In this document: positions 12,629 to 26,900 of the stretch, in pieces
Layout of the letters: each line of letters starts with the position of its first letter
Position numbering within the stretch: position 1 is the stretch's first letter
Source: Geosiphon pyriformis uo1
Lineage: Eukaryota; Fungi; Glomeromycota
Assembly: GCA_016748015.1 (NCBI GenBank)
Contig: JAAOMT010000269.1
Span: 194,116 to 258,115, forward strand
Length of the DNA stretch: 64,000 bases
Reading direction: 5' to 3'
Notes under the pieces: generated by a model
Database searches by the model: none
The model's input: the letters and a program-made list of their open reading frames with translations, nothing else
What the model was told of the DNA's origin: nothing
Position numbers and translations under genes: made by a program

Positions 12629-14583
12629 ATGGAACCAGCTGGCTTCTCTGCTAATGGCTCTGGTTCTGGATTGACTGGGTTGGGATCCTAGTCAGACAAT
12701 AAGAAGAAAGCATAAGTTGAGAGTATCTACTCTTGTAGTTCATCATATAAGAAAGCTAAAAAATCTGAGGTTGCTGTTAGTGTTGTAGATTTGTCAGCTG
12801 GCTCTCTGCCTGCTGTTCTGTTACATTTGGGTGTTGACAATCAAAAGGTGTCTTGAGAAAGCGAAGTTGAAAATGAGGAATCCAGTGTAAGTGAAGTGTC
12901 AGATATTGAGAATTTAAAGAACATAATGATTGAAGAGATAAGTTATGTTGACTTTAATGCTTCTAAAACTGATGACATGGTGAATGACGTTACTTCAAGG
13001 AAAACATAAACTAAGACTTACATCTTAGGACAGCCACCTAAAATGCCTTCTTTCTATTCTCTGAGTGATGATGATACTGAGTTGGTGCTCCCAGCACCTA
13101 AGTTTGTTAGATCCAATCAGTTATTGTTTACCAAGTTACATGTTAAGACAAAACAGAGTTTTAAGCCAGTGAAATTATATGCTTTGGATATTGAGCTTTC
13201 GTCAGTGTTTGGAAAAACCAATGGTGATAAATTAGTTTCTGTCAAAAAAAAATTTTATCAAATTGATGGTTTTGGGAGGGCATTAACTCTCTCAAAATTT
13301 TCTGGGATTATCAGATCTTTATTTACTTCAGAGTTGAGTTTAAAAAGAGCTAGAGAATTGGCAATTTATGAGAAAATTGTGGCAAATAATAATGTCAGAC
13401 ATGTAAACAAAATTTCAGATCAGGTAATTGTTGTTAAGAAAATTCTGGTTGATCTTCCCAAATCAGCTGTAAAATCTGTTTTTTCTAAGTTTGACAAGGT
13501 TGTATTAATTAAGATAAAATTAATTGGTTTGTGGCAAAAAGCTTTGGTAGAGTTTGAATCATTTGAGATAGCTGATTTGGTTACAGCTAAATGGTTTGTT
13601 CTCTTGAGAAAGGATTCTGTTTGTGTGGCAAAAGCTATTGATGATAAACAATCATGGGTCTCCAGGGATTTACATCGGATATTGCTTTATACTCTTCCAG
13701 TTGGTACAACAGCTCATAATCTTTCTAATTTGTTGAAATCATATGGTGGGAAGACTTGTTTCATTGGCCATAATCCCAGTTCATATGTGCGTGATAGATG
13801 TACAATTGTGTGTTTTGGTGATGAGACATCCAAATTGGCTGCTATTGGGTCTATTTCAGTGTATAAGGGTGTGAATTTGCATTGGGCTGGCCTTTCTTTG
13901 GCCCTTTGTGCTCATTGCAAACAGTTTGGTCATATCTCTATAGAGTGTTCTTTGAGTAGAAGTTCTGATGCTCGTGGTAAGTGGGTGGTTACTTCTTAGG
14001 ATCAAATGCAATTGAACATATATAAGAAGAAGCAGGTTCTTATTACTTGTCCAGTTTTTTTTGGTGGCAAGACTTGGGCTCAGGTTGCTGGTGGATTTTT
14101 TTCCATGTGGTTTTTTCAGTTTCTTCTGGTACTGATGTGTTTTATGGTGGGAAACCATTATCATTGGTGTTTTCTTCTCCTGATGTCTCTGGTTTGAGTG
14201 ATTATTTGGTGGCTCTGGAATGCTCTTTGGAGCTTTTGGCAGATCAAATGTCGGATATTTTAAGAAAATTGAATGGTATTAAATTGGTGCCTTTGGCACC
14301 TCTCTTTTGTGTTTCTTTGCCGGCTGTCACTGTGCCTAAGGTGTCAGTTTCAAATTCGGATATGCTTATAGATAGTGTGTTGGTGTCTTCTGAACTCCTT
14401 CTTTCAATTGTTAATGTGTTAGATGCTGGTTTTGGTTCTAACATTTCTAAGGTTTTAACTACCATGATGAGTGGTTTGAAATCTAAATTGTCAGCTTTGG
14501 ATGCTTCTGTTGGTACAGTTTTGATGAGATTAGATTTTTTGTGTACTGGTGCTGGTTTTTTGCTCCTTCAATCTTCCCAATGA
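12629..14583 (+). pseudogene. LINE ORF1 (RRM-like domains, CCHC zinc knuckle)
   Basis: MEPAGFSANGSGSG start; SVFSKFDKVVLIKIKLIGLWQKALVEFES; LLYTLPVGTTAHNL; CAHCKQFGHISIEC; several internal stops. Confidence 0.9.
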
Positions 14584-17500
14584 GCAGTCTGGTTTGAAAA
14601 TTTGCTATGTGTAATGTTCATGGTCTGACTGTTTCTATTAAACAAGGGGATGTTGTCTGTTGGCATAAAAAATCAAGCAATATGGTGTCTTTTGTTACAA
14701 AAACCAAGTTGCATTCTAGCATTAAATCTTGGATTGCTAATAGGTTTGATGGTATCTGTGTTTTCATATCAGGTTTGGATAAGGAGTTTCTTAGTGCTGG
14801 AGTGGCTATTATTATGGACAGTTTCTTGGCTCATCATGTTTCTAAGGTGAAGGAGGTTTCCGATCAGGTTATTTCTGTTTAGCTCTTGTTTAAGGGCAAG
14901 TTTTTAGTCACTTTTCTGGGGTTGTATGCAGGTGCCTCTTTTGAGGTCAGGTTTGGTCAGGCTTCTAAAGTTAACTCTCTTATTACAAAGGTTGTTAACT
15001 CCAGCACTTTTGTTGTTTTGGGTGGGAACTTTAATGAAAATGGATCTGGTAAAAGTGCAAGTTTCAAATTCTGTTTGGATTTGGGTTTGGTTAATTTATT
15101 TGTTGGTTTTTGTTTGGCTGGGACTCCTACGTAGAGCAACTCAAGGGGAATTGAAAAAACAATTGATTATATTTTTGTTAGTGGGAACTTATCATCTGCT
15201 GTTACTGGTCATAAGGTTGCCTCAGTCTCAGATTTCTTTGACACTGACTACAGGGTGGTGGTGGTGTTAGTTGGCTTGGGTAGGCTCCTGGATGTTCATT
15301 TGAACAGCTTGCGCAAACAGACAAACAGGAATCATTGAAAGTTCAAAATCAAGGATGCTGACTGTGCTCAATGGGCCAAGTTCAAAGATCTTTTGTCAGC
15401 CAAGCTCATGTTGTTGAATGAGTTGTTCTTTGGTGCCGAATCACGTGGGGATGTGGATGCTATGTAGGCAGTTTTGGAGAAAGCTGTGATGGAGTCTGCT
15501 GATACGATGTTTTCAAGACATTGGTTTAACAAATTTAGGTGCTTGAGGAATAAACATTCTTTTAAGTTTTTTGGTTTGGAATTGTTGGTGGTCAAGATTG
15601 TCAAAGCATTTCACTCTAATGATTTGCCTGAAGTTGATTATCTAGTAAATAAGTGGTCAACTTTGAATAATGCCAAGACTCATGCTTTTGGTATGTTATT
15701 CTGCTTGGATGTGAAGTCTGAAATTATTATTAAACATTTGTCATTGGTCCACAGAGACTACAAGAGGTCAAAGATGTTTAAGTTGAAGTTGGCTGAAGAA
15801 GCTTCTATTAGGAAGGTGATTGAGAGACACATGGAAAATTTCTGTTCGGATAAAGATAGTATGATTAGAAATGTGTTGGAAAAACTCTTTTATAAGGTGG
15901 TATTAGATTACTTAGTGGTTGACAATGAGCTGATTTTAGAACCTAAGGAGGTGAAATTGGGTGTGGACAAGATTATGGAGGAATAGACGAGGAAATACTC
16001 AGTGCTTTCAATGCTCCCTAACCTTTGGGCCCATCAATATGTGCCTTTGGAATATGTTTGGGATGATGCATTTTCTGGTGTTATGTGTGTGGTCAATATG
16101 GACAAGTTGTTTCCAGTTGTTTTTAGTCTGCCTAATGACAAGACCACTGGTTTGTCTGGTATTCCAAATGAGCTGTGGAAACATAGTGGTGAGGTGGCTC
16201 TAAGGTGTCTGTTGGAGCTGTTAAATGTGTGTTTAACTGTTAGTTTGGTGCCTGCTTTGTGGAAAAGGGCGTGGGTTTCAATGATTCATAAGCCTTATGA
16301 CTGGGATGGAGTTCTTACAAACACTTGGCTCATTGCTTTAATTGAAACTGCCAGGAAGATTCTTTTTAAGATTCTGTCTGATCGTATTTCAGTGGCTTGT
16401 AGCAAGTTTAATGTGCTTCAAGATGACAATTTTTTGGTGTTGAAGGGTATGTTCACACAATCTCTGGTGTTTGCTGTTGGGTCAGTAGTTGAAAATGCTC
16501 TTGAAAGAATAGAGAAGTATAATTGGTTTAGTAAGACATGTGGAAAGTCTATAATTTGATGGAGTGACATCATTTAAAGGCTAGCTTGCAACATATCAAA
16601 ATGTGTGATAGATTTATTAGGTTTTTTGGCAGTATTCACAAGGACAGAGTTAACAGGATGATGACTGACTTTGGTTTGTCTGGTAGTTATAAGGTTCATG
16701 ATGGACTGGATCAGGGTGAGATCTTTTTGCCACTTCTATAAAGGATCTTTTATGACCCTCTTTTGTGTAAAGTCAAGAGGCACAAACAATTGTGTGGATA
16801 TCAAATTGATACTAGGTTTGTTTTGAAGATTGGAAGAATTGAGAGTGGTGGAAATTTTACCTCGTATTTTTTAGCTGGTGCTTTTGTTGATAATACAATC
16901 TGGATTGGGAATTGTTAAGCCTCCACTCAGTACACTTTGAACATCGCCAGTAAGTTTTTTGAGGTCAATAATATTTCTATCAATAGTGAGAAAACAGTGG
17001 TTATTTCTATTAATTAGGGTGTTAAAGTTGCTTCATTGAGTATTTGTGGGCAGCCTATTTTGATTGCTAAGAAAAGTAAGGCATATTACTATCTGGATAT
17101 CTTTTTGTTTACTGAAAGATTGTCCAAACTGAGTGTTGCCAAAGCTCATGCTAATGTTTGTTTCTTTGTTAATGTTGTGCTTAGAAAAGCTATTAAGGAT
17201 AAGCAGTTTTTGTATTTGGTTTCGGCTGTTTTGCAGCCTATTGTCAGCTATTGTATTCAGTTTAGCTTTGTCTCTTCTAATGTTTGTCGAAAATGGGATG
17301 TATTAGTTAGGAAGGGCCTTAAGTCGAAAGCTTGTCTTTTCTGTGACTTTCCTGATGCCGCTTTGCATCATTCCTCATTGTATGACCTAAAACATTTTGA
17401 GCAGATGCAGTCTGAAGGGAAGGTGGCTGCTCTGATAATGTTCTCTAATGCTCCTGGTATTCTTGGGCATTTGTTTAGTCATAGATTTTTGGATTTGCAA

Positions 17501-19270
17501 GTTTTGGGTTGGGCTCCTTTGGACCCTTTGCAGTTTCCTGTCAGGTTATATGTTAGTCTGGTAAACAATTTTCTGGCTGAGTTGGTTAGAATTTTTTTGG
17601 ACAATGAACTGTTTTTGGCGAACAATCTCCCTACTGCTTTTCATAATCCTGGCCATTTTTTTTTGTCTTCTATTCTTGAAAAGTCTCTGTATTTTGATTC
17701 AGTCAAATCTCTCAAACATTTTGGTGTTGCCTTTGGTGATCAACTTTTTGATAAGAAAGGTGGCTTGTTGGATTGGAGAACTTTTCGCCATTGGAAGAGA
17801 TTGGATCCACATGGTCCTGTGCCTCATTGGTCTGTGGTTGCATCTGAATTTTTTCTGGGTAAGAGGTTCTTGTTATCTGGCACTACTGGTTCTGTAGAGC
17901 TATGTGGGCTGGATGTATTGGGGTCTAATGAGTTTTCTGCTATAAAAGATGGATTGCATGATGTTTGGTTGGGCTTTTTTGAAGTTTATACAGATGAGTT
18001 CTTAAAGAATGCTGGCTCTGTTGAGATTGCTAGTGGTATTGCTGCATACTTTCCAGCCTTGGATTTGAGCATTGGTGTTGCAGTTTGGGGTCTTTTGTCT
18101 TTTATCATGGCCGAATTACAGGCTGTTGCTTTGTCTTTGGAGTGTGTTCCTTCTTCTAGTACTATGGTGTTACATCTTGACAGTCAGGCTGTCATTGACA
18201 CATGTGTATCTGAAATGTCTTTTGCCACCTCTGATTTCCATAATCAATGCTGGCTTGAGAGGTATTATATTTTTAATTTGGTCAGGAATAAGGATCTTAA
18301 TATGAGTTGGGCTAAGATTAAAGGCCATTCTGGAATTCCTGGTAATGTGAGAGCCGACTTGGCTGCTGGGGCTGCCTCTGGATCTCTCTTTTCACTGTTG
18401 GCCAATGTGCGTAAACATTTTTTGGTTGCTGAGGGTACTGCTGTTTCTGGTAATGCCTGTCATTTTGTTTGGAATATTTTTTGGTCTGTTTGTTATGCTT
18501 GTTGGGAAGCTGGCCCTGGCTGTGATGTGGTTCCAGATGCAATGGTTGGTTGTGTGGACTGGGTTGCTACTGCAAGAGTGTGGCATCTTGATTCTTATAT
18601 GCTTGCTGATTTCACTAGTTGCAAGTCTTCAACACTCCATTTTTATATAATGAAAGCTGTGCACAGAAGATTGCCAATGGCAGTCAAGAAGAGACTGTAT
18701 AATAGATGTTACTCTGGTGTGCTGTGTCTGCTGTGTGGTGGTGTGAAGTTTTTTGACCATGCTTTTACTTATGTTTATAAGTCTGACATTCACAATGAGA
18801 TCTTGGCTGAGGCTTCTGCTTGTTGGTCTGCTTTGGCTGGTGTTTTTGATTGTTTTTCATCTGTTGTATTGTGGGTATTATCTCAATGTTCTATTGATGT
18901 CAGGTTGTATGCTTTGGTTTGCAAGAGATTTGTGCTGGATGAGTGGCATAGGGAGACTTGTTGTGTTTTTGATGACTGAAAATTGGCTGTTGCTCAGATT
19001 GTTGATTTTATAAGGTTTATTGTGAAGTTGTATTGTGCTAGGGTGTGGTTGGTAAGATCTAGCCACCAGGTGGTAATAGAGAAGGCTGGTTTGGTTCAGG
19101 ATGGTGGTGTTGTGTCTGGGCTTTTTCGTGGTGTGTCTTCTTTGTTTTCTGATGGTGTTGTTAGATTGCTTGGTGTGGCTGAGTTTTTTGTTGTTAGCTT
19201 TGGTTGTCAGAAGCCATATAGTTTTTTCTCTGGTCTAAGAGGTAGTGTACAGATTATTATAGGTGTGTAA
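14580..19270 (+). pseudogene. LINE ORF2: AP endonuclease, reverse transcriptase, RNase H, CCHC
   Basis: APE: MCNVHG, TKTK, LGGNFN, IDYIF, TDY. RT: GLSGIPNELWKH, IALIETARK, GLDQGEIFLPLL, AFVDNT (FVDD). RNase H: VYTD, AELQAV, DSQ, KIKGHSG. C-terminal CLLCGGVKFFDH. ATG overlaps the ORF1 TGA (ATGA). Confidence 0.93.
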
Positions 19271-19614
19271 TGTTGTCTTAACTGGCCTAAGTGGCTAGCC
19301 ACATATAGTAAGTACATAAGTCATGTTTAGTTTAGATCTCTTAATTTGGTTCTATGTACTAGATAATGATTGGGCTTTGCTCGTTAAATTCTTTAATAAA
19401 AAAAATATTTATAATAATTAAAATTAATAAATTTTATTATAATTTTTTACTATAGCTTAATAAATTATATCTTAATTAATACTATTTAATTAAAAGTTTT
19501 TTTATAGTTATTTTAAAAATATTAATAAATTTTTCTTAATTATTAAATTTATATAAATGTTTACATATTTAAAATTTTATTTAAAACAATATTATTTTTA
19601 ATAAACAATGTTTT

Positions 19615-20425
19615 TATTGACTGTGGGTTTCACAAACAAACTCTTTGCTGGCTTGCATATATATTTTATAAAGGCCTTATACTATTGACTACCTGTTGCT
19701 GTTTAGAAGCATTTCTATTCCAGACATTACCCTAATATACTGTGTTTGTTCTGTAATGATATAAAGATTTCGGATTATGTTTTCTCTTGCAAAATTGACT
19801 TTTCTACCTGTTGTCAATTGTTAAATACCCATGTAGCTTTCTGGAAGCTGATTTCTGGTCTCTTTTGTTTTTCTTCTTGTGTGTTTTAGCTTTTGTCATC
19901 TTGTGTTTTTGATGTCTCTGTATTTACGGCCCTTTACAAAGATTTTGTTTTTAAAGATTAGTTCCAAAAAGCTGTGTTTGTTTTTCATAATTCCAAAATT
20001 GCAAGTCAGAAGATTGTGGATTTTGTGCATATTCTTAGTCTTACTTTTAAGAATTGCGTCTGGTCTGTTTGTGCTAAACATTGTGTCTTTATAAAAAAAA
20101 ACAGACTAATTTCACTTAATAATTTAATTTCTATTTTGATTTTTGGGATGTTGTTAGGATTGTTTGCTAGTGTTATCAGGTTGCTTGGTATTGCTAATGC
20201 TTTTGGTGTTCACTTTGGTTTTTATAAATCATATTTATTCTTTTTAGATATTAGTAATAATGTTTCAGTTCACATAGTTGTTTAGTGTTGTTCTAATTAG
20301 TCTGAATAACTGGTTATATGTAGAAAGAGCATGATTTGTGCCTAGTTTAGATTATTTATTTGATGTATTATATTAGATAGTGTTTGGATCTTACTTATAA
20401 AGCATTAATAAAAAAATAAAAAAAA
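19615..20425 (+). mobile_element. 5'-truncated LINE copy (ORF2 C-terminus, 3' UTR, A tail)
   Basis: GFTNK...YPNILCLFC...IRLLGIANAFGVHFG...VSVHIVV*, then 3' UTR from 20283. Confidence 0.88.
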
Positions 20426-20574
20426 TGTTTTTATTTTACTTAAATTTAATTTGTACATAAAAATAATTAAAAAAAACTTTTGTATTTTTTTTATCTTTTT
20501 TAAAAATATTAAATTAATAATTTTTTAATTTTTATAATAAATTTAATAGAACATATATTTATTATATAGGACTT

Positions 20575-20905
20575 TAATGGAAAAAGACAGTTTGATTCTG
20601 CTTGATAGTTCTGTGTATTCTGCAATTTGTGGTTTGTTATGTATGTTCTCAGCTGGGGTAATTAGGTTGCTTGGAATTGCTGAGACACTTGGTATTTGCT
20701 TTGGTTTTTGTAAACATTGCTGTTTTTTTTCTGGTGTAGATAGTATAGTTTCTGTTTAGATAGATTTATAGTGTTGCTCTGATTGGTCTGAGTGGCTGGT
20801 CATATGTAGAAAATACATGATTTGTGTCTAGTTTAGATCACTTAGTTTGATGTATTGCACTAGGTAGCATTTGGGCCTCACTTGTTAAATTTAATAAAAA
20901 AAAAA
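20575..20905 (+). mobile_element. Very short 5'-truncated LINE copy
   Basis: MEKDSLILLDSS...IRLLGIAETLGICFG, then 3' UTR from 20768 and A tail. Confidence 0.88.
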
Positions 20906-20929
20906 TTATATTAATATTTAGTATAAAAA

Positions 20930-23900
20930 AAAACTTTTTTCTCTTCTATATTCCAAATTCCCCAAAAAACATATTTTCAAAAAAGAAGTTTTTTGTTTTT
21001 TTTGTTATTTCTTACAAATATTTTTTAAGCAAATAATTTTTTTGCAATAAATTTAATGGCTGTCTTAAATAATATTATGTCTAAAAAAAAAACACCTAAG
21101 AAAGTTTTTCATTATTCTATTGGAGGTTTATTTTCCCAAAAAAAAAATTTCTGTTAATAATATCAAGCATTTTGAAAATAAGAAGAATATCTTTTTAATT
21201 AAATCTGGTACTAATAATAACATATATTTAAATATAAACAATAAGTTTAGTAATAGTGGAAATAATAGTGTCTTATTTAATATTGGTAGTAGTTTTCTTT
21301 TCAGTTTAATAACAAATACTCTTAAAACTAAAAAATTAATATTAGTCTAGTTTGTGATTCCTTTATTAGTTCAATTAATTATAGCATAGATAAAAATAAA
21401 GAATCTTTCTCTTCATTTCTTAATATTTCTTTTAACAGAAAATGAATTGATTTGAAAATTGTTAAAATTCAATTTGAAATACTTATCAAAAAATCTTTTG
21501 CTCTTGATATTAATCTGTTTATAGTAAAAGACAAATCAGTTATAATAAAAACTTAGATAATTAAAAAAATTTTTTTATTAGTCAATGGTTTTAGAAGGAT
21601 AACTACCTTTTCAAAATTTAAAAAGATCATTTGAACAACATTTACATCTGAAAAAAGTATAAAAAAAGTCATATTATTGGCTAAAGACAAGAAAATTATT
21701 GTAAAAATAATGTTAAGAGACAAAAAAAATGCTTAAATTGGCTGTAATAATTAAAAAAATTCCTATGGACATGCCAAAAAAAATAATTATTGCTGCAGTA
21801 TTTGAGTTTGGTTAAATTGTGTCAATTAAAATTCAGTTTATTGAAATATAGCAAAAGACTATAATAAAGTTCACTAAATCAAGTTAAGCAGATTAATTGA
21901 TTTCAAAATAATTATTTTTAATCAAGAAAAATTTAGTGTGTGTAGTCAAAACTATGGAAAATTAAGATATTTAAATATCTAAAGATTAATTTAAAGCACT
22001 TTTGTTTATCTTTTTAGTAAGAACAACTGCTTATGATTTTGGTATTCTTGTTAAGAGGGCTGGTAAAAAAATATGTGTTATCAATAGATTATTTAAGAAT
22101 AATAATAAAGTTTACTATACTGTTATAGGTTTTGAATCAAATAAGCTGCTAAAATCTGTTTTTTGTACAGAACCAATTTTTGGTGGTGTTAAACTTTCTT
22201 AGACCAGATTGGATCTGATTTGTTGTAAAAAGTGTGATGTTTCTGGTTTCTTTATCTTTTTGTTTACAAAAATATTTAAAAAAATTGTTTTAGATAAAAA
22301 TTATCTCTAGTTAACCAAATTGTATACCAAAAAAAATGTTCTTATCTTTCATTTTGCTGCTTTTGGTGGCAAGTTATAAACACAAATAGTCTTGGTAGTT
22401 TCTGTTTTTAATAGTTTACTTTTTAATTCTAGTTTTGGTTTTTCTCTTTTTGGTGTTTTAGGTTCTAATAAAAAATCTTCTTTTATTTTATTAAATAATT
22501 CTTTTTTAAATGCTTATTTGGTCTTTTTAAAACACTTTTAAAGCTTTTGGCAAATTAAATATCTAATATTGTAAGAAAATTAAGCTTTGTGGATCTGATA
22601 CTTTTAGTATCTATTTCTCAATTTTTTTTTCTTTTGTGTTTGTATTTTCAAACTTGAATTTGGAATTAGATATGATTCTGGATGTCACATCTGTATTGTT
22701 TGTTCCTTTTTTTTTAGTTGTAATTGATTAAGCTTCTGATTTAAGTTTAAATAAATCAAAGATTTTAACTATTAAAATGAATGGCTTGAAAATAAAAATA
22801 GTTGTTCTTGAAGTTTCTGTTAATTTAGTTTTGGCAAATTAGATTAGTTGTGTTCTAATTCAAGCTTTTCAACAATTTTATTATTTCAATAAATAACTTG
22901 GTATAAAAATTTGCTACATGTAATATTTAAAGTATTAATGTTTCTATAAAGCAGAAAAACATTATTTGTTAATATACAATTTTGGGTAATATGATTTCTA
23001 TTATTATGGAAACAAAGTTAAAACTTAATATTAAGTTATAGATCATAAATAAGTTTGATAGAATGCAAATTTTTACAACTATTCTGAATAAAAGTTTTCT
23101 TGGTGCTAAAGTGACTGTTGTTATAAACAATTCTTTAGCTTGGCATGTCTTTAAAGTAAAAAAAAGTTCCTAATTGTGTTATTTTAGTAAGACTCTTTTT
23201 TAAAAACAAAATTTTGGTTATGATTCTGAATTTATATGCTAATGCATTTGTAGAAACAAGATTTGACTAAGTGTTTGAAGTTAATTTTTTTATTGTTAAG
23301 GCAGTTAATTTCAGCATTTTTATGGTATTAGATGGAGATTTTAATAAAAACAATTTTAAGAAAAGTGTGAGTTTCAACTTTTGTCTGGATCTGGATTTGG
23401 TTAACTTATTTAATAAGCATTTATTTATTAAGACTTCTACTTAGTACAATTTCAAAAACAGTAAAAAAGTTATAGATTTTATTTTTGTAAATTAAAATCT
23501 GATATCTATAATCATTAATTATAGAATTAATATTATTACTAATTTCTTTAATATTAATCACAAGACTATTTTAGTTATAATTGGTTTAAATGGTTTCTTA
23601 AATACTTATTTTAATAGTGTTTATAAACAGGCTAATAAAAATAAATAGAAGTTTAAAATCAAAAATGCTAAGGTTGTTAAGTAGTTGTATTTCAAAGAAT
23701 ATTTCTTAAGTATGGTCTTAAATATGACAACTAAATTTAATAATATAAAAAATTGCAATAATTTGGATACAATGTGATTAATTTTAAGAAAAATAGTAGT
23801 AAGTTTTGTTAATAAGGTTTTTTTAAACTTTGGTTCAATAATTTTAAGTATTTATAAAACAAGCAATTATTTAAGTTCTTTAAACTAGAACTGTTGGTAG

Positions 23901-26900
23901 CCAAGATTGTTAAAAATTTAAATTTAAATAAAGGTTTAGAGATTATTTGTTTTATTAATACTTGAATTGTTATTAATAAAAAAAATGCCTTGAAAGTAAA
24001 CATCTTGGTTAATAATGGCAAAAGATTGAAAAAAATTCTGTGCTATCTGTCAAAAATTAAAAAAAATATTGCAAATCCAAATATTACAAATCCAAAGTTG
24101 TTAAAGATAATTTCATCAGAAAAACAATAAAAAAGCACATGGAAAATTTTTGCTCTAATAAAGAGTGCATAATTAAAAGTGTTTTGGAATAATTATTTTA
24201 AAAGGTAGTACTTGATTATCTAATAGTGAATAACAATTTGATTTTAAAGTCTTGTAAGATTAAGTTTATAATCAATACTATTATAAAAAGATAAACAAAA
24301 AAACATATGATATCTAGCACTTGGCTTAACCAATGGTCCAAACAATATGCTCTTTTAGATTATATTAATAATTGTGTATTCTTAAAAATTATAAATAATA
24401 TTAAGTTTGATAAATTCCTATAAGTAATCAAAAATCTGTCTAATAGTAAAGCTACTGGTCTTTTTGGTATTCCTAATAAGTTCTGAAAACATAATAATAA
24501 ACAGATTCTAAGAAGTTTGTTGAATGTTTTTAATGTGAGTTTGGTGTTAAGTATAGTTCTTATACAGTAAAAAAAAGCTTAGATTTCTATAATACCAAAA
24601 CCATATAATTAAAAAGAGATATTTACAAATATTAAGCCAATAGCTTTAATTAAAACAGTCTATAAAATTCTATCTAAGATTTTTTTAGATAAGATTTTCT
24701 TGATCTATAGTAAGTTTAATGTTTTATATAATAATAATTTTTCAGTTCTGAAAGAAACATTTACTTAGACTTCAATTTTTGCTGTTGGTTTTGTAATTAA
24801 GAATATATTGAAAAAAAATAAGGAGTTGTGACTAGTTCTTCAAAATATGCACAAAACATATAATTCTATTAAACAGTATTATTTGTAAAATAGTCTAAAT
24901 AGAATCAAGATATATTCTCATTTTATTAAGTTTTTTGGAAACATTTATAATAATAAGATTAATTAGGTAATAACAAATTTTAAGTTTATAAATAAATATA
25001 TTGTATATAATAGTTTGGATTAAGAAGAAGTTTTTTTTATTACTGCTATAGAGAATTTTTTATGATCCTTTGTTTTGTGAAGTTAAAAAACATGACAGTT
25101 TGTTTAGCTACAGATTGAATTCAAAATTATTATGAAAACTAACAAGCAGAATTTCAGAAGTGATAAAACATCTTTTTTGGCAATAGAGGCTTTTATAAAT
25201 GATATAATTTGGATCAGAAATAACATATTCACTACTTAATACATCTTAGATATTGCTAACAAATTTTTTGAAATTAATAATATTTTAATCAACACTAAAA
25301 AAACAGTTACCATACCTATTAATCAAAAAGTAGAAGTTTTTTATTTGTCAATAAATATATTTAATATTTTAATAGCAAAAAAAAGTGAATCTTATAGATA
25401 TTTGAACATTTTTTTGTCCACAGATGGTCTTTCCAAACTAACTCTTGTTAAAACTTATTTGAATATTAAATTTTTTATGAATCTGGTTTTAAGAAAAGCT
25501 GTGTCAAAATAAACAATTTTTGTATCTGATGTCTGTAGTTTTTCAGTTTATTATTAATTACAGACTATAATTTAATTATGTATTAATAAATATATGTAAA
25601 AAATAGAACAAATTGCTAAGAAAGAAATTAAAGTTTAAAACCAATTTGTTCAAAAACTTTCTTAATGAAACTATTTTTTATTCTAAATTATATGGTTTTA
25701 AATCTTTTGAACAGATACAAACTAAAAATCAGACACCTAATTTGGTCATTTTTGCTAATTTAAAAAAGATTTTCAGCAGATTATTCAAACATAGAACTTT
25801 GGATTTACAAATTGTCAGCTAAATGCTTTAGTACCCTTTCAATTTTCTGCTTATGTTATTGATTAATCTAATAAACTGTTTTCTAATAAATAAGACTAAT
25901 ATTTAAGTGTTATGTAATTTGTCTTTAGGGAACAATTTCCCAAATGTTTTTTAGATTGGTAGCAGTATTGCTGTTGTTGATATCCTAAGTTTAGATTATT
26001 ATGTTAATATAATAAAATCTTTAAAGAGATTTAGCATTGCTTTTGCTAATCAACTTCTAAATTATTATGGAGTTTGTTTTATATAGAACACATTTTGCAG
26101 ATAGAAGAGACTTGATTCTAAAGGTTTTGTTTCTAGTTGGTTTAGCTTATTTGTTATGTTTATTGAGAATAATAGTCTGATTAGCTATAATACTCTGGCT
26201 TTTTATCTCATATCTGTTAGCCAACTATATGACTTTAAGTTTGTTAAAGAATACTTGTTAAAAATAGGACAAAAAAGATAGTTGTTTATACAAATAATTC
26301 AATCAAAAATCTTGGTTTTATTGATGTTTATAGTAGTACAGCTGCATATTTTTTGGATATTAATATAAGTATTAGAATTAAAATGAATGGTTTGCTTTTC
26401 TCAACTATGATAGAATTGCAGATTATAATGTTTGTACTAAAATGTGTTCTTATGTTTAGCTCAGTTGTATTATTTACAGATAGTCAAGTATTACTAGATA
26501 TTTGTGCTTTAAATAAAAAATACATCAGTTTTAACTTTTATAATAAATATTAAATCAAAAAAAAACATGTTTGTTAAACTATTGTATCAAAAAATTTATT
26601 AATTAACTAGAATAAGATTAAAAGTCATTCTGAAATTATTGGTAATAAACATATAAACTTTTTTGTCAATACAGCCACTATGTTTAATTTTATTATGTTT
26701 ATTAAAATATTATACTATTTTTTTGTTATTAAAAAAAGATCAGTTTTTAGAAATATCTGTTATTTTATTAGACAGTTTTTTGAAGCTGTTGGTTTTGTTA
26801 ACTGAAAATCCAAATACATTAATAGTGTTATAGATATAACATTTTCAATCTTTTTGATATGTGAAAAATCTTTAGTGTATGGTATTTTGATGGTTATATT

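Larger units (their letters stand above)
12500..19405 (+). mobile_element. Full-length LINE copy A (5' UTR, ORF1, ORF2, 3' UTR, A tail); degenerate
   Basis: 5' hairpin ctcttgtt...aacaagag (shared with the 40441 copy), ORF1 12629-14583, ORF2 14580-19270, family 3' UTR 19268-19385 and A-rich tail. Confidence 0.95.
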
